Source of the DNA: an uncultured Bacilli bacterium
Lineage (GTDB): Bacteria > Bacillota_I > Bacilli_A > RF39 > UBA660
Length of the DNA: 54,527 bases
Reading direction: 5' to 3'
Assembly (NCBI GenBank): GCA_947623825.1
Contig: CANQHQ010000005.1
Coordinates: 1-54,527, forward strand
In this document: piece by piece, positions 1-10,477 of the stretch
Numbering within the stretch: the stretch's first letter is position 1
How the letters are laid out: each line of letters begins with the position of its first letter
The notes under the pieces: model-generated
Databases searched by the model: none
What the model was told of the DNA's origin: nothing
The model's input: only the letters and a program-made list of their open reading frames with translations
Made by a program: the position numbers and the translations under genes

Positions 1-49
1 CCCTATGCCAATTGATTTGAATATTGCTTATGCTGAATATCATAATTAA
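1..49 (+). CDS. 3' end of a gene truncated by the window edge (...PMPIDLNIAYAEYHN*), possibly an IS transposase
   Basis: Open frame ending TAA at 47-49, followed 5 bp later by a terminal-inverted-repeat-like 22-mer. Identity cannot be established from 15 codons. Confidence 0.3.
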   Translation, partial: PMPIDLNIAYAEYHN

Positions 50-54
50 TTATC

Positions 55-76
55 AGTCATTTTGTTTAACATAACT
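55..76 (-). mobile_element. Putative IS terminal inverted repeat (right end)
   Basis: Reverse complement AGTTATGTTAAACAAAATGACT matches 11509-11530 at 19/22 positions. Confidence 0.4.
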
Positions 77-103
77 ATTTTATAAGAAAATAGGCATGTT
101 TTA

Positions 104-112
104 TGGTATAAT
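104..112 (+). promoter_or_regulatory. Extended -10 sigmaA promoter of the giant ATPase gene
   Basis: TG-G-TATAAT upstream of the ORF. Confidence 0.55.
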
Positions 113-166
113 AAGGACAGGTTAGTTATGATTTGTTTCATAACGAAAGGTAGTGGTGAAAGTAGT

Positions 167-3100
167 ATGGATGAGAGATTGGTAGGAAAAGTGATTTTAC
201 TTCAAGATACACCAGAAGGAAAACGAGGGATGATTCAAGGAGAAAATGGGATCATCTATCGTTTTTATCAGTCGAATTTGAAAAGAATCGATACGAGTCA
301 GTTAGAAAAAGGATCCGTTGTTGAATTCACTTATATGCAAAAGAAAAATCAAAAGTATTATGTTCAATCGATGGAATTTTATGATCCGTTTTCTTTGCGA
401 AACAAGGAAAAGTTGGTTTCTCTTCTTGAAAAAAACTATCCAAATCGTACTGAATATCAATCTACGGAGATTCAGAAAGTCTTAGAGTCCTCTTTTTCTA
501 TTTTTTATAAACAACTTGGTTATAAAAAGATTAAAGATTTTTTTCTTGAAAAATATTCTGATGTGTTTGCCTTTGAAGAAAGAACGATGAATAATGTTGA
601 TTATCTTTTTGCGCAGGTTCGTCCTTACGAAGAGTGGCATAAAAAAGAAGAATCTCAATCGCTTGATTTCACCGATGTTTCTTTTGATTCTGTTTCTGAA
701 TCCGATCTTTTAGGGGCAGAGTATCTGAAACTTTTGGAACAGTATGAAAAAGGGGAAGATTATGAAGCCTATTTGAATACTTTTTCTACTTATGATATTT
801 CTCCTACGATGTTACCGGTTTCATGGATAGAAAAAACCGTTCGTATTTGTCAGAAATTGATAGGGGAAGAGGGAGATGCTACTTTCAATTCTTTTGATCG
901 GTTATTAATTCAAGTCAAGACTCCTTACGATTTAACGATTCAAGGTAATACAGCCATGATTCAAGCCGCCTTAGAACATTGTCGTTTTCCTTATCATGAG
1001 ATAGAGTTTTTAAAGAGTTATGGACGTGTCTTCTTTAAACAAAACTTTACTTTGAATCATCGTTGGGAACTTTTGGTTAGGAGATTTACTTTGGCTGAAA
1101 ATAAGTACTATATTTACTTTTTTATCATCGAACTTTATGCTTATAAAAAAGTCAAAGTATTAACGGATTATTTGGATTATGTAGAAAATTCGAGAGATTA
1201 CGAGTATGTCGAAACGTTTTTCCGTTTAGCGGAACAGGTCTTAGATACGGAGGAAAATCATGAAGATTTCTACCAAAAATATGTTCGTTTTATGGGAATT
1301 TCTTTGGATGATGACCGGTGGGAGTATATCGAAAAAACGTATCCAATTGTGCAGAAGAAAGAACATTCTGTCATTCAAGAAATGATTGAGGCGTTTCGTC
1401 AAGAAGACATTCCGAATGATTTTTTGGTTCAATTATTAGATGAACGGATTTCTCTTGCCCTTGGAGAAAAATGTATTAATTATTATTTGTATAAAAAGTA
1501 TCATGGGGCTAATTATTCAGAGAAAGATTTGGATTTGTTTGGAGAAATTTTATACCATTATCCTTCGGCTGATTTAGATGAGGTTATTTTTAATAATAGT
1601 TATTCTTCTTATACGGAAGAAGTAAAACGAGATTTATTGTTGAAGTCATGGCGCTTTTTGGTTGACCATTTAGAAGAACATCCAAAGTATTATTTGGTTT
1701 TATGTTACATCGTTCATCTATTTTCGGAACGTACCACGCTTGCTTCTGAATTATCAGGTATTTCTACAAGATTTTTAGAGAAGCAACTTCAAATTGTCGA
1801 AAAAGATATCGATCGTTTTCAAGAAATTTATCTTCTTTTCCGTTTGAGTGATTCTGGAAAAGAAAAAATGGAACATTTCTATTCTCCTTATATCTATGAG
1901 CGGTATTCCTTGGAAGGAATGTCAGAAGAAGAAGTTCTTCATTTGTTAACTCAATTTCAAAAAGATGGTTGTTCGTTTATTGTCACTTGTCTATTAAATA
2001 AAGAACCACAAGATAGTCCTCTTTTACAAAATCGAGAGATTTTAAAATGTTATTTGGATTCTTTAAAACAAACGCATCGTTATTCGACAGCCATTCAAGT
2101 CATTTTAGAAACGGAATTACTAAGTACTGCCGAAAAAGATAAAGAAGTGATTTCTACTCTTTATCAGAATTATAAAATCTATGGAGCTTCGGATATGGCT
2201 TATGAAGTATTTGAGGCTATATCGATGGAACAGGTTGAACAGTTATGTTTTAATCATTTTATTCCTAATAATGGTGTTCCTATTATTTTGATGTCTATTT
2301 ATGCGAAAAAGAAAGAGTGGCCAAAAGTTTCTTATTTATCTTCCCTTTATTATAATTATTTAAATAAAGGAAATCGTTCTTTCTTTAGTGATTTATTTAG
2401 ACAACGTCCTGTTTTAGCGAAAATTGATAACCACAACAGTGCCGTTCGTGAAGCCTTTTTGACCTACAATAGTGAAGAAATTTTTGAATTCTTGGATTGG
2501 ACAAAATATATTCGACTTATGAATGCCGAAAAATATTATCATCCTGGATATGAAAAGTATGCGAAACCATTGTCTTTCTTACTTAAAACGCCTACTTCGG
2601 CAGGATCTTGGCAAGAATTATTGGCAAGTTTAAAGAGTGCCAACGAACTTTCTTCGGCTTTTGGTTATGCGGCTCAATGCTTTTATATCACTCATTTTCT
2701 AAAGGGTACCTCGGGAGAAGGAAAGATTGATTTTGATGCATTATCGGAATTTGTTTCTTTGTCTACGTTACCTGCGAGTCACAATTTCTTTGCTTTAAAT
2801 AAGGATATTTATTCTGTCGTTCCCGAACCGTATTTGTTAAAATTGAGTGACTATTTGAAAAAAAATGAATTTCTATTTCAACGATATTCCATGAGTCGTA
2901 TCGAAGATGCCCAAGATTATTATGATGCTTTGTTGGGTAGTTTTAACGATTCTAAAAATATTGTCTATTTTGAAGTCGCTCTTTCTGTTTTCATGACGAT
3001 TCGACTAGACGAACCACATTTTGAAAAATATGCTTTGTTCTGTGGATCGAATCGAAATAAGACTTCCTTGTTCCGTATTTTGTTTCAGTTATTGAAAAAG

Positions 3101-6100
3101 GAAAGGAATCAAGAAGAAGTTCATGAGTTTGTGAATTTTTCTTTCTGGAATTGTTCTGCGAAGGAGAAACCCGTTCTTTATTTATTGAATGTTCTTTCTT
3201 CTTCGGATGTTCTTCCGGAAGATATCGAGTCTTTACCACTTTCTCTTCAAGAACGATTTAAAACCGATTGTCTTCAATTGTTAGAGAATTTTCCAGAAAT
3301 CAGTGGATTCCAATCCTTTATTTCTAATGGAGAGTCACTCACTTATCGAATGATCGTTTTGAAATATTTGTTTCAATGTACCTTTGATAATGCTTATTAT
3401 TGGGATTTTGAAAAACTTCTTGCACCGATGCAACTTCAAATACCTTTCGAGTCTGAAGATTTCTTGAATGCTTATTTAGAATATTGTAAAGTTTCTTGTT
3501 GGCAACAGGCGAAATTCAATGATCTGGGAGAAGAATTTATTTCTCGAAGATATATCGAGTTATTATTGATTTATAAATATCAAAATTACCAAGGAATCGG
3601 TGATTGGCAAGACGAAGAAGATATTGTTGATTTGATGCGAGAAAATAATCATGTATCTTTGATTTTTGATAAGTATTTTCAACCGATCAATGAAGTCATT
3701 GAGAAATGGTTAGCGACCGAAGGGGTTACGAAAGAAATCAAGGAGAGTTTCCTTCTATCTTGTATTGTTCTTTCGGCTTCAAAATTGGTTTCTTCTCCGA
3801 TGGTTTCTTCTTTGAATCAACTAAGTGAAGAAGCTTACGAAGTGATGCGAACGATTGTGAAGGATCTCGCACGGGCTTATGTCCTCAGCGTGCTTAAGGT
3901 GTATTTTCAAGCACCAGAAGAAACAAGAAAAGAAATCGAAATTTTTGCTTCTCATGTCGTTTTGGATGCCGCTCGCGTGATTCGGGCTTACGAAAATTCT
4001 GAGGAGAAGGAAGAAGCCCTCGATTTGGTTCAAACTTTCTTATCGACGACCGATAAGCCTGGACAATTGCGTTGGGTTTTTGGTCAAGGTAAAAAAGGAC
4101 GAAAGAAGTTTTTACCGGTTGAAATGTACTGTGCGCATCGAGAACTTGTGATTTCCCTTTTACTTGCGTGTCAATACGATTATGGTTTGATTCAAAATAT
4201 TGGAAACTATGTGAGAAATGGAACGGCTTTGGCGTCTCATCCTGGATATAAAGATTTGTTTGATGCCATTCATAAACCGGGTATTTACGAATATTTAAAT
4301 GCTATTTATTTTGCGCATCGACATGAAAAAGAGGAAGCCATTCGTTGTTTTTATCGGATCGATGATGTCAAACAAATTCCTCCAATGTGGCAAATGGAGT
4401 ATCAAACTCTAGAAAAATATATTCGTGGTGAAGGAGAATTTTCAACGCAATTAATTCGAAATAATATTGATATGATGCGTGAAACGATGATTCAAAAAGT
4501 GGATTTCTTAAAACCATTTCAGAAAGGTTCTCTTTCCGATCGTCAGAATGAAGAAGAAGAGGATTCGGAAGAAGATGTTACAGAAATTGCCCAATCTCTA
4601 TTCAGCTTTATCAATACGAAAAATGTTCTATCAGATCGAATCCGTTCGGCAGAAGTGGTTTTCACTTATCTACTTGGAATTCGTAATTCTAAGGAAAGAA
4701 AAAATAATGTGGATTCCCGTTTCTCTATTCTTGTGAAAACGGCAGCCAGTATTTCGAAAGAGAAATTTTCTAAGACTTATAACGAATTGATATTTGATTA
4801 TGGATTCCTTTTATTGGACGAAGAAAATCGTTCGACGACCTATGAGAAAAAAGTGGATATTTTAATCGATTTGTTTCGTAGTTTTGACTTATTAAAAGAA
4901 TCCCATAAGAATCAATTTGGACCGATGTTAAAAAGTTGTTTCCAACGTTTATTGTTAGAAAAACAACTCGATGCTTCTTTCCTTTCTTACGAAAAATGGT
5001 TAGCGATTTATCCGATTCTTTGTGATATGGCTCAGAAGTTCCATTTATCGATGGACGATGGTCCAAAACTACATGAATGGGTTACGCAGTGTCTCGAGTT
5101 AGAAAGAATGAATCCAACCGTTACGAAAAAGAGAAAAGAATTAGAAAAACTTCCATCGAATGTGGAATTTTCTCCAATCGCCATGAATTTCTTAATGGCG
5201 GTGCAGAAAGAGTATCAAAAATTGATTTCAGGAACCTTGTTGACCATCATGATTGACAATCATGAAATCGAAAAACGTTCGATTTTCTTCAGTATTCAAA
5301 ATAGTAAAGAAAGTAAAATTTCGGTTAACTTAGAAAGTGATGATGTCTATATTGAGGCAGAATACTTTTTACCAGGAGAAGAAAAACCGAATGTGGCACG
5401 TTCTTTCTGTTCTCATCATGTTTCTATTTTAAGACCAGGAGAGCGGAGTGGGGAACAGATTGAAGTTCCGCAGTATATTTTGAATTCTTTGAAGGATGAG
5501 GATTCTTTGATTATTCACATCTCTGTGGTCGTTCATGGTCATAGAATTTGTGATAATTCGAGTGAAGGGGAATCATTTACTTTCTTCCGTAATCGTCAAA
5601 AGATGTTACCGACACCAAAGACGAAATACAATACGACGGATTGTGCTTTTACAGAAGGTAATATGGGATTTGGGCGTAAGAAGGAAATCGAGTGGTTAAA
5701 TGCGACCATTCCAAATCATGGATTATCGATTATTTATGGACCGTCGCGCACCGGAAAATCTTCTTTACTACAGTACCTTACCAATTTCTTAGCGGTCGAT
5801 TATCAAAAGAATCCTTCGAAGTATCGGGAAGATAGCGAAGCAAACGCTCTTCAAGGAATTTATGTTCTTCCTGTAGCGGATAGTCTTCATCCAGGGGATT
5901 ATGTGAACCTTCCTTCTACGGAAGAAGAGATTTTAGAATATTTGTTCATTGAAAGTATTCGTCGTGGACTTCTTCAAGGAAAAAGAAAAATTGTGATGGG
6001 AGAAGAATTTTCTTCTACCTGTGTGGATCAAATATTAGAGATTCTTTCACATCGCGAAGAAAGTATTGCGGACCGTCTTTCTTTGGTAAGTGATGTTCTT

Positions 6101-8035
6101 TCACAGGTAAATGGAGAACTATGGCTTTTACTAGATGAATTTCAACAAGTCATCGAGAAATGGAAGATGCAGAACAATTATCAACTCTTGTCGTTATGTA
6201 ATTCTTTGAGAAATGGAAATACAAAAATTCGTATCGTTCTATGTGGTTCCGATGATTTCGTAAAATTGATTTTAAGTAATGATCAGAATTGGTCTCCGAT
6301 TTTCTCTATCGTTCAAGAAGAGATGTTGGCCGTTGGTCAATTGGATGCACCTGATTTTGGAGAGATGTTATCCGATTCTCATGTTTGGGGAGAAAAAGTG
6401 CCATTTACCAAGAATTCTCTTTCTTATATGTTTGAGTATACGGGTGGAAATGCCATGTATGGAAAACTAATTGGTAATAAGATTATCGAGGAAATTCAAG
6501 GAAATCGTTTGACGAATCGGGAATTTATTTATCCAGCTGATATTTCTCGTATTGTTGCGGAAGTACTAGATGAACAGAATTCTGATATGTCCGTCAATGA
6601 AGCCCAAAACAATTTAATTACGAATACGACTAAAAATTTGGAACAGGAGAACCGGTATCTTGTCTATATTGCGGATTGTATGCAGAAAGATAGTAATTCT
6701 GTCGGTGTTCCTCTTTCCAGAATTTATGAAAACTTCTGTAATACGAAACCATACGATATCAATCTTTCTTTGAAAGTATGTTGTGTACGAGGAATTTTGA
6801 AGGAAGAAGAGATAGAAAAAGAAGTCTTTTATAAATTTAGTACGTTATTCTACTATAGTTTATATTGTTTCAAGGCGAAGAAAAATGGAGTCGTGACCGA
6901 AGTAAAAGAAGAGGAAGATACGGAAAGTAATGAGACGATGATTATCGATACCTACAATGAACTTTCTGATTCGAAAAAGCAACAGACTTTGTCTACTTTA
7001 TGGGGTATCACTCCCCAAGAAGTTACAGAGGATTTACGAGGAAAATTTGGAGTCAATGTGCAGGGAGACTACATTAGTGAGGGAGGAACGAAGAACGTTC
7101 TTCATATCGAAAATGTCATTCAATCTTTCTCGACCATTTTATCAGGAAATCTTTCTGGTCCCGAATTATTAGAAGCCTATGAAAAGATTCCTACGTTATC
7201 GGATTATTATTCTCAGGAACAAAAGAATCAAATTCTTGAATTGGAAGAAAAGATAGAGAAAACAGATGATGAAGAAGAGAAGCAACAACTTCTTTTCGAA
7301 GCAGAAGAAATCAAGAATCCAGTAGAGAAAAAATATGCGAATGATTTTGTTCAGGCAGCGATTATTGAAAACGATGAGTTTGACTTTGATGAAATCGATA
7401 GCCAACGGATTCGTTATTTACTTCATTTATCGAAATATGCGGATATCAGTTATTTAGAGCATTTGCCAAAAGAGTTTCAAATTCAATTCGATTTTGCGAT
7501 TCTTCTTCATAACGTTTTCGACAAATTAGAAAAGATGCAGGAAGAAAAAGAGGATGCCCATTCTTCGAAGATTCGTTTGGATTATTGTCCTTTGGCGATT
7601 ATGTATTGTAAATTGGTCGAAGCGATTTTGAAAAAGAAGCATACGCCCGTTTATATTCGAGATTTACCGGATGCTACCATCGGAAGAGATCAGGTTACTT
7701 TCGGGGCGTTGACGAATCCAAGAGTTTTTGATTCCAATAAAAAACATCTCACGATTGGAGCGTTTACGACACATATTGTTTATCCGAGGTACAATTTAGA
7801 AAAAGATGAAAATTCTTCATCAATCAATCGTAATAATATTCAGAAATTAAGTCATGGAGAAACGCAACTTCTTGAAAAATGGGAAACGCATGCGAAAGAG
7901 ATGGCGAAAGTTTTATCGATTCGAAACCTTTCTGCTCATGAAGCGGTTCGGGTGACAAAAAGAACCTTTGATATTTTGATTACCACTTTATTTGCGGAGG
8001 GAGAATTGTCTCGATTATTAGAATTAGGAGAATAA
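167..8035 (+). CDS. Giant multidomain protein: cold-shock/OB-like + LOTUS/OST-HTH-like + long helical region + STAND/AAA-like P-loop ATPase + C-terminal HEPN-like domain
   Basis: ORF 128..8035, likely start ATG167 after GGTGA. N-terminal GKV...RGMIQGENG..YRFYQSNL...LEKGSVVEF (CSD-like). YKQLGYKKIKDFF (LOTUS-like). GFGRKKEIEWL, Walker A GPSRTGKS, Walker B LWLLLDEFQ. C-terminal DYCPLAIMYCKLVE and IRNLSAH (Rx4H). Confidence 0.75.
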   Translation: MDERLVGKVILLQDTPEGKRGMIQGENGIIYRFYQSNLKRIDTSQLEKGSVVEFTYMQKKNQKYYVQSMEFYDPFSLRNKEKLVSLLEKNYPNRTEYQSTEIQKVLESSFSIFYKQLGYKKIKDFFLEKYSDVFAFEERTMNNVDYLFAQVRPYEEWHKKEESQSLDFTDVSFDSVSESDLLGAEYLKLLEQYEKGEDYEAYLNTFSTYDISPTMLPVSWIEKTVRICQKLIGEEGDATFNSFDRLLIQVKTPYDLTIQGNTAMIQAALEHCRFPYHEIEFLKSYGRVFFKQNFTLNHRWELLVRRFTLAENKYYIYFFIIELYAYKKVKVLTDYLDYVENSRDYEYVETFFRLAEQVLDTEENHEDFYQKYVRFMGISLDDDRWEYIEKTYPIVQKKEHSVIQEMIEAFRQEDIPNDFLVQLLDERISLALGEKCINYYLYKKYHGANYSEKDLDLFGEILYHYPSADLDEVIFNNSYSSYTEEVKRDLLLKSWRFLVDHLEEHPKYYLVLCYIVHLFSERTTLASELSGISTRFLEKQLQIVEKDIDRFQEIYLLFRLSDSGKEKMEHFYSPYIYERYSLEGMSEEEVLHLLTQFQKDGCSFIVTCLLNKEPQDSPLLQNREILKCYLDSLKQTHRYSTAIQVILETELLSTAEKDKEVISTLYQNYKIYGASDMAYEVFEAISMEQVEQLCFNHFIPNNGVPIILMSIYAKKKEWPKVSYLSSLYYNYLNKGNRSFFSDLFRQRPVLAKIDNHNSAVREAFLTYNSEEIFEFLDWTKYIRLMNAEKYYHPGYEKYAKPLSFLLKTPTSAGSWQELLASLKSANELSSAFGYAAQCFYITHFLKGTSGEGKIDFDALSEFVSLSTLPASHNFFALNKDIYSVVPEPYLLKLSDYLKKNEFLFQRYSMSRIEDAQDYYDALLGSFNDSKNIVYFEVALSVFMTIRLDEPHFEKYALFCGSNRNKTSLFRILFQLLKKERNQEEVHEFVNFSFWNCSAKEKPVLYLLNVLSSSDVLPEDIESLPLSLQERFKTDCLQLLENFPEISGFQSFISNGESLTYRMIVLKYLFQCTFDNAYYWDFEKLLAPMQLQIPFESEDFLNAYLEYCKVSCWQQAKFNDLGEEFISRRYIELLLIYKYQNYQGIGDWQDEEDIVDLMRENNHVSLIFDKYFQPINEVIEKWLATEGVTKEIKESFLLSCIVLSASKLVSSPMVSSLNQLSEEAYEVMRTIVKDLARAYVLSVLKVYFQAPEETRKEIEIFASHVVLDAARVIRAYENSEEKEEALDLVQTFLSTTDKPGQLRWVFGQGKKGRKKFLPVEMYCAHRELVISLLLACQYDYGLIQNIGNYVRNGTALASHPGYKDLFDAIHKPGIYEYLNAIYFAHRHEKEEAIRCFYRIDDVKQIPPMWQMEYQTLEKYIRGEGEFSTQLIRNNIDMMRETMIQKVDFLKPFQKGSLSDRQNEEEEDSEEDVTEIAQSLFSFINTKNVLSDRIRSAEVVFTYLLGIRNSKERKNNVDSRFSILVKTAASISKEKFSKTYNELIFDYGFLLLDEENRSTTYEKKVDILIDLFRSFDLLKESHKNQFGPMLKSCFQRLLLEKQLDASFLSYEKWLAIYPILCDMAQKFHLSMDDGPKLHEWVTQCLELERMNPTVTKKRKELEKLPSNVEFSPIAMNFLMAVQKEYQKLISGTLLTIMIDNHEIEKRSIFFSIQNSKESKISVNLESDDVYIEAEYFLPGEEKPNVARSFCSHHVSILRPGERSGEQIEVPQYILNSLKDEDSLIIHISVVVHGHRICDNSSEGESFTFFRNRQKMLPTPKTKYNTTDCAFTEGNMGFGRKKEIEWLNATIPNHGLSIIYGPSRTGKSSLLQYLTNFLAVDYQKNPSKYREDSEANALQGIYVLPVADSLHPGDYVNLPSTEEEILEYLFIESIRRGLLQGKRKIVMGEEFSSTCVDQILEILSHREESIADRLSLVSDVLSQVNGELWLLLDEFQQVIEKWKMQNNYQLLSLCNSLRNGNTKIRIVLCGSDDFVKLILSNDQNWSPIFSIVQEEMLAVGQLDAPDFGEMLSDSHVWGEKVPFTKNSLSYMFEYTGGNAMYGKLIGNKIIEEIQGNRLTNREFIYPADISRIVAEVLDEQNSDMSVNEAQNNLITNTTKNLEQENRYLVYIADCMQKDSNSVGVPLSRIYENFCNTKPYDINLSLKVCCVRGILKEEEIEKEVFYKFSTLFYYSLYCFKAKKNGVVTEVKEEEDTESNETMIIDTYNELSDSKKQQTLSTLWGITPQEVTEDLRGKFGVNVQGDYISEGGTKNVLHIENVIQSFSTILSGNLSGPELLEAYEKIPTLSDYYSQEQKNQILELEEKIEKTDDEEEKQQLLFEAEEIKNPVEKKYANDFVQAAIIENDEFDFDEIDSQRIRYLLHLSKYADISYLEHLPKEFQIQFDFAILLHNVFDKLEKMQEEKEDAHSSKIRLDYCPLAIMYCKLVEAILKKKHTPVYIRDLPDATIGRDQVTFGALTNPRVFDSNKKHLTIGAFTTHIVYPRYNLEKDENSSSINRNNIQKLSHGETQLLEKWETHAKEMAKVLSIRNLSAHEAVRVTKRTFDILITTLFAEGELSRLLELGE

Positions 8036-8065
8036 AACTAGGAAAGATGCCTTTTCTAGTTTTTT
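8035..8065 (+). terminator. Intrinsic terminator
   Basis: AAACTAGGAAAG-atgc-CTTTTCTAGTTT followed by a T run. Confidence 0.7.
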
Positions 8066-8114
8066 CTTGTTGTTTTTTTCTTTCTTTGTTAGAATGAAGA
8101 TAGGAGAATTGGAT

Positions 8115-8903
8115 ATGAAAAGAAAGAATTTATTTTTGGCTATTTTATTTTATATCATCTCGGGTTTCTTTTTAGGAAGTTATGTCTTTTTAGAAGTACG
8201 TCCCGATTTTTGGATGTCAGAAATTATGAGAGTGTTGCTTCTTTCTTTTTGTTGTCTTTTTCTTTATTTTGGTGGTTTTTTTCTATCCAAACAATTGCAT
8301 AATAAACAACCGATGAAAATGAATTTATGGTTCTTTTTTGGTTTGTTTCTTTTATTGTTGATTACCCTTACTTTTTTTGATAGTATGTGGGGAAGAAGAG
8401 GATTTGTCCTTTTTCCATGGACCAAGGATTCTCTTCAACATTATCTTCATTCTTCGGTGAATCTTGTTCCTTTTCAAACGATTTTTATCTATATTCGAAA
8501 TCTATTTCGTTCTGTTTTACCCATTTCGAATGTCTTCTTTAATTTGTTTGGAAATATGATTTGTTTTATGCCGTTTGCGTTTTTTCTTCCTCTTTTATTT
8601 CCAAAATTAAAGAATGGAAAACGATTTTTTGTGACTGTTCTTTGTATTGCGATTGGGATTGAATTCTTTCAATTTCTTACGTTTTCCGGAAGTTGTGATA
8701 TCGATGATGTGATTCTCAATACGTTGGGTGCTTCTCTCGTATTTCTACTATGGCGCGTTCCGTCGGTGGAACATTTTTTGCGAAATATCTTCTTATTGGA
8801 AAAAAATACGTTTGATTGGAAACAGATTTTATCGATTTTTGTCTTTTTCGTGTTGTTTTTTTTCGTTCTTAGTATTTTTGTTTTTACAAGAGATTTTCGT
8901 TAA
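8115..8903 (+). CDS. VanZ-family membrane protein
   Basis: VNLVPFQTI, NLFGNMICFMPF, IEFFQF, GSCDIDDVILNTLGA motifs; multiple TM segments; RBS AGGAG before ATG8115. Confidence 0.85.
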   Translation: MKRKNLFLAILFYIISGFFLGSYVFLEVRPDFWMSEIMRVLLLSFCCLFLYFGGFFLSKQLHNKQPMKMNLWFFFGLFLLLLITLTFFDSMWGRRGFVLFPWTKDSLQHYLHSSVNLVPFQTIFIYIRNLFRSVLPISNVFFNLFGNMICFMPFAFFLPLLFPKLKNGKRFFVTVLCIAIGIEFFQFLTFSGSCDIDDVILNTLGASLVFLLWRVPSVEHFLRNIFLLEKNTFDWKQILSIFVFFVLFFFVLSIFVFTRDFR

Positions 8904-9011
8904 AAAAACGGATGATTTTGGGAAGAAGAGGAGAGAGAATTGTGTTCTTTCTTCTTTTATTCTTGACTTTTTTATTTAAAACTTTTACCATAAAAAACGG
9001 GTGGTGTTGTT

Positions 9012-10229
9012 ATGGTTGAAATCGAGATTCCTTGGAGCGAAATCGATCGAGAAGGGAAGAGATATCGCCAAAAAGTACAGGCTATTTCTTTGGTGGTGGC
9101 GTTATACGAAGCTTCTTTATCGGGTTCTTTTTATACGTATCCTTCTTATGTAATGGTGGATACCCTTGTTTCTCTCATGGAAAGTTTAGGGGAACTGGTT
9201 CCTTATCAAGAGAAAAATATTTATACTTATATGGATTCTATGAAAGAGAAATTGGAGGAAGAAAAAAATCATCTTTTAAAGACGTATGCGTTTGTTGATG
9301 GAATGGAGGAAGTACTAAAGAAAGAGTATTCTTGGGAAAGAGTGAAAGCCTCTTTTCTTCAGAAATTTTCTATCGAAGAAGCAAAACCATTTCATCTCAT
9401 TGGACAAATTGTAGAGCGAAATTGTGATTTTCTTTCTTGTTTTTTTAATTCGAATCTTCCAGTTTCTGATCGAGCCCAAGTGTTGTGGGATGCTTTGACA
9501 CATGGGCTTTCGAAAGAGGACTTGAGGTATATATTGGAAACTTCCGAAAAAGGAAAAAAAGAATCCTTGATTTGGGCTTTTCGTCATATGCCATTTGATG
9601 TTTCCAATTATCTTTCTTCGATGATCGAAAAAAAGAATTACGATTTAATATCTTGTCTTCAAGAATTGGGACTGATTGACTGTAACACCTACGTTTTTTG
9701 GAATGAAGAAACCCAGCAAGAGGGTACTGTTTGTTCTTTTTATGTACGGGATTCTCAAGGACTTTCGCATTTATCTCGTTTGGGATTTTGTGAGTTCGAA
9801 TCGTATGGTTCCGTGGAAGAGTCTATTCGTTTTCAAGATGCTTCTCAAATTTTGGATGTCATTTCGTGTGATGAAATTGCTTCTTTCTTCGCTTTGCCTT
9901 CTTCTCGTCTTTTAAATTTTTCCGAAGAACATGCTTTTCGTCTTATGGAAAAAGCGGTACGAAAAATCAATCAAGAACAGTTAGAAAAGGGAGATTTGTT
10001 AGAGACAAAACAAGAGATTGGACATCTTTTCCTTCGACAAGCGAAAAATAAAAAGGAATATCGATTGTATCAAATGTATGAAGATCTTTTCTTTACTCTT
10101 ACCGATTATGAAACCCTTCTTTCTCACGTAAAAGATGGAAAGATAGACGAAGGTACTTGTTCCTTGTCTCTACATGAATGGGTACCAGAAGTTTCAGGTA
10201 AACAAAAAAAGAAACATATCGAGGAGTGA
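9012..10229 (+). CDS. Hypothetical protein
   Basis: 405-aa ORF with upstream TTGACT-17-TACCAT promoter and a downstream hairpin; no recognised motif. Confidence 0.7.
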   Translation: MVEIEIPWSEIDREGKRYRQKVQAISLVVALYEASLSGSFYTYPSYVMVDTLVSLMESLGELVPYQEKNIYTYMDSMKEKLEEEKNHLLKTYAFVDGMEEVLKKEYSWERVKASFLQKFSIEEAKPFHLIGQIVERNCDFLSCFFNSNLPVSDRAQVLWDALTHGLSKEDLRYILETSEKGKKESLIWAFRHMPFDVSNYLSSMIEKKNYDLISCLQELGLIDCNTYVFWNEETQQEGTVCSFYVRDSQGLSHLSRLGFCEFESYGSVEESIRFQDASQILDVISCDEIASFFALPSSRLLNFSEEHAFRLMEKAVRKINQEQLEKGDLLETKQEIGHLFLRQAKNKKEYRLYQMYEDLFFTLTDYETLLSHVKDGKIDEGTCSLSLHEWVPEVSGKQKKKHIEE

Positions 10230-10286
10230 ATCCTCTTTTTTGTTTCATTAAAAATTTCTAAAAAAGAGAAAATGAATGGGAAAATC

Positions 10287-10315
10287 TTGTCAAAGGAAAC
10301 GATTCATGTTACAAT
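10287..10315 (+). promoter_or_regulatory. sigmaA promoter of tRNA-Glu
   Basis: TTGTCA-17 nt-TACAAT with a TG extension. Confidence 0.65.
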
Positions 10316-10344
10316 AAGGTTGTCTTTTTTGAGGCACCATTCAT

Positions 10345-10421
10345 GGTCTGTTGGTGAAGTGGCTTAACACACCACCCTCTCAAGGTGGCATTCACGGGTT
10401 CGAAACCCGTACAGACTACCA
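10345..10421 (+). tRNA. tRNA-Glu (anticodon CTC)
   Basis: Acceptor stem GGTCTGT/ACAGACT, anticodon arm CCACC-CT CTC AA-GGTGG, T arm with GTTCGAA, encoded CCA. Confidence 0.95.
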
Positions 10422-10477
10422 AATTTGTTCTTTGAGGGGACGGGAGTCTCCTTTTTTTCTTGGATGGAGGTATTTTT

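Noticed and set aside
64-91. dif (XerCD) site on the minus strand (TTATGTTAAAC)
   Set aside because: Only the XerD-like arm matches; the other arm and spacing fit poorly. The longer match to 11509-11530 favours an IS end.
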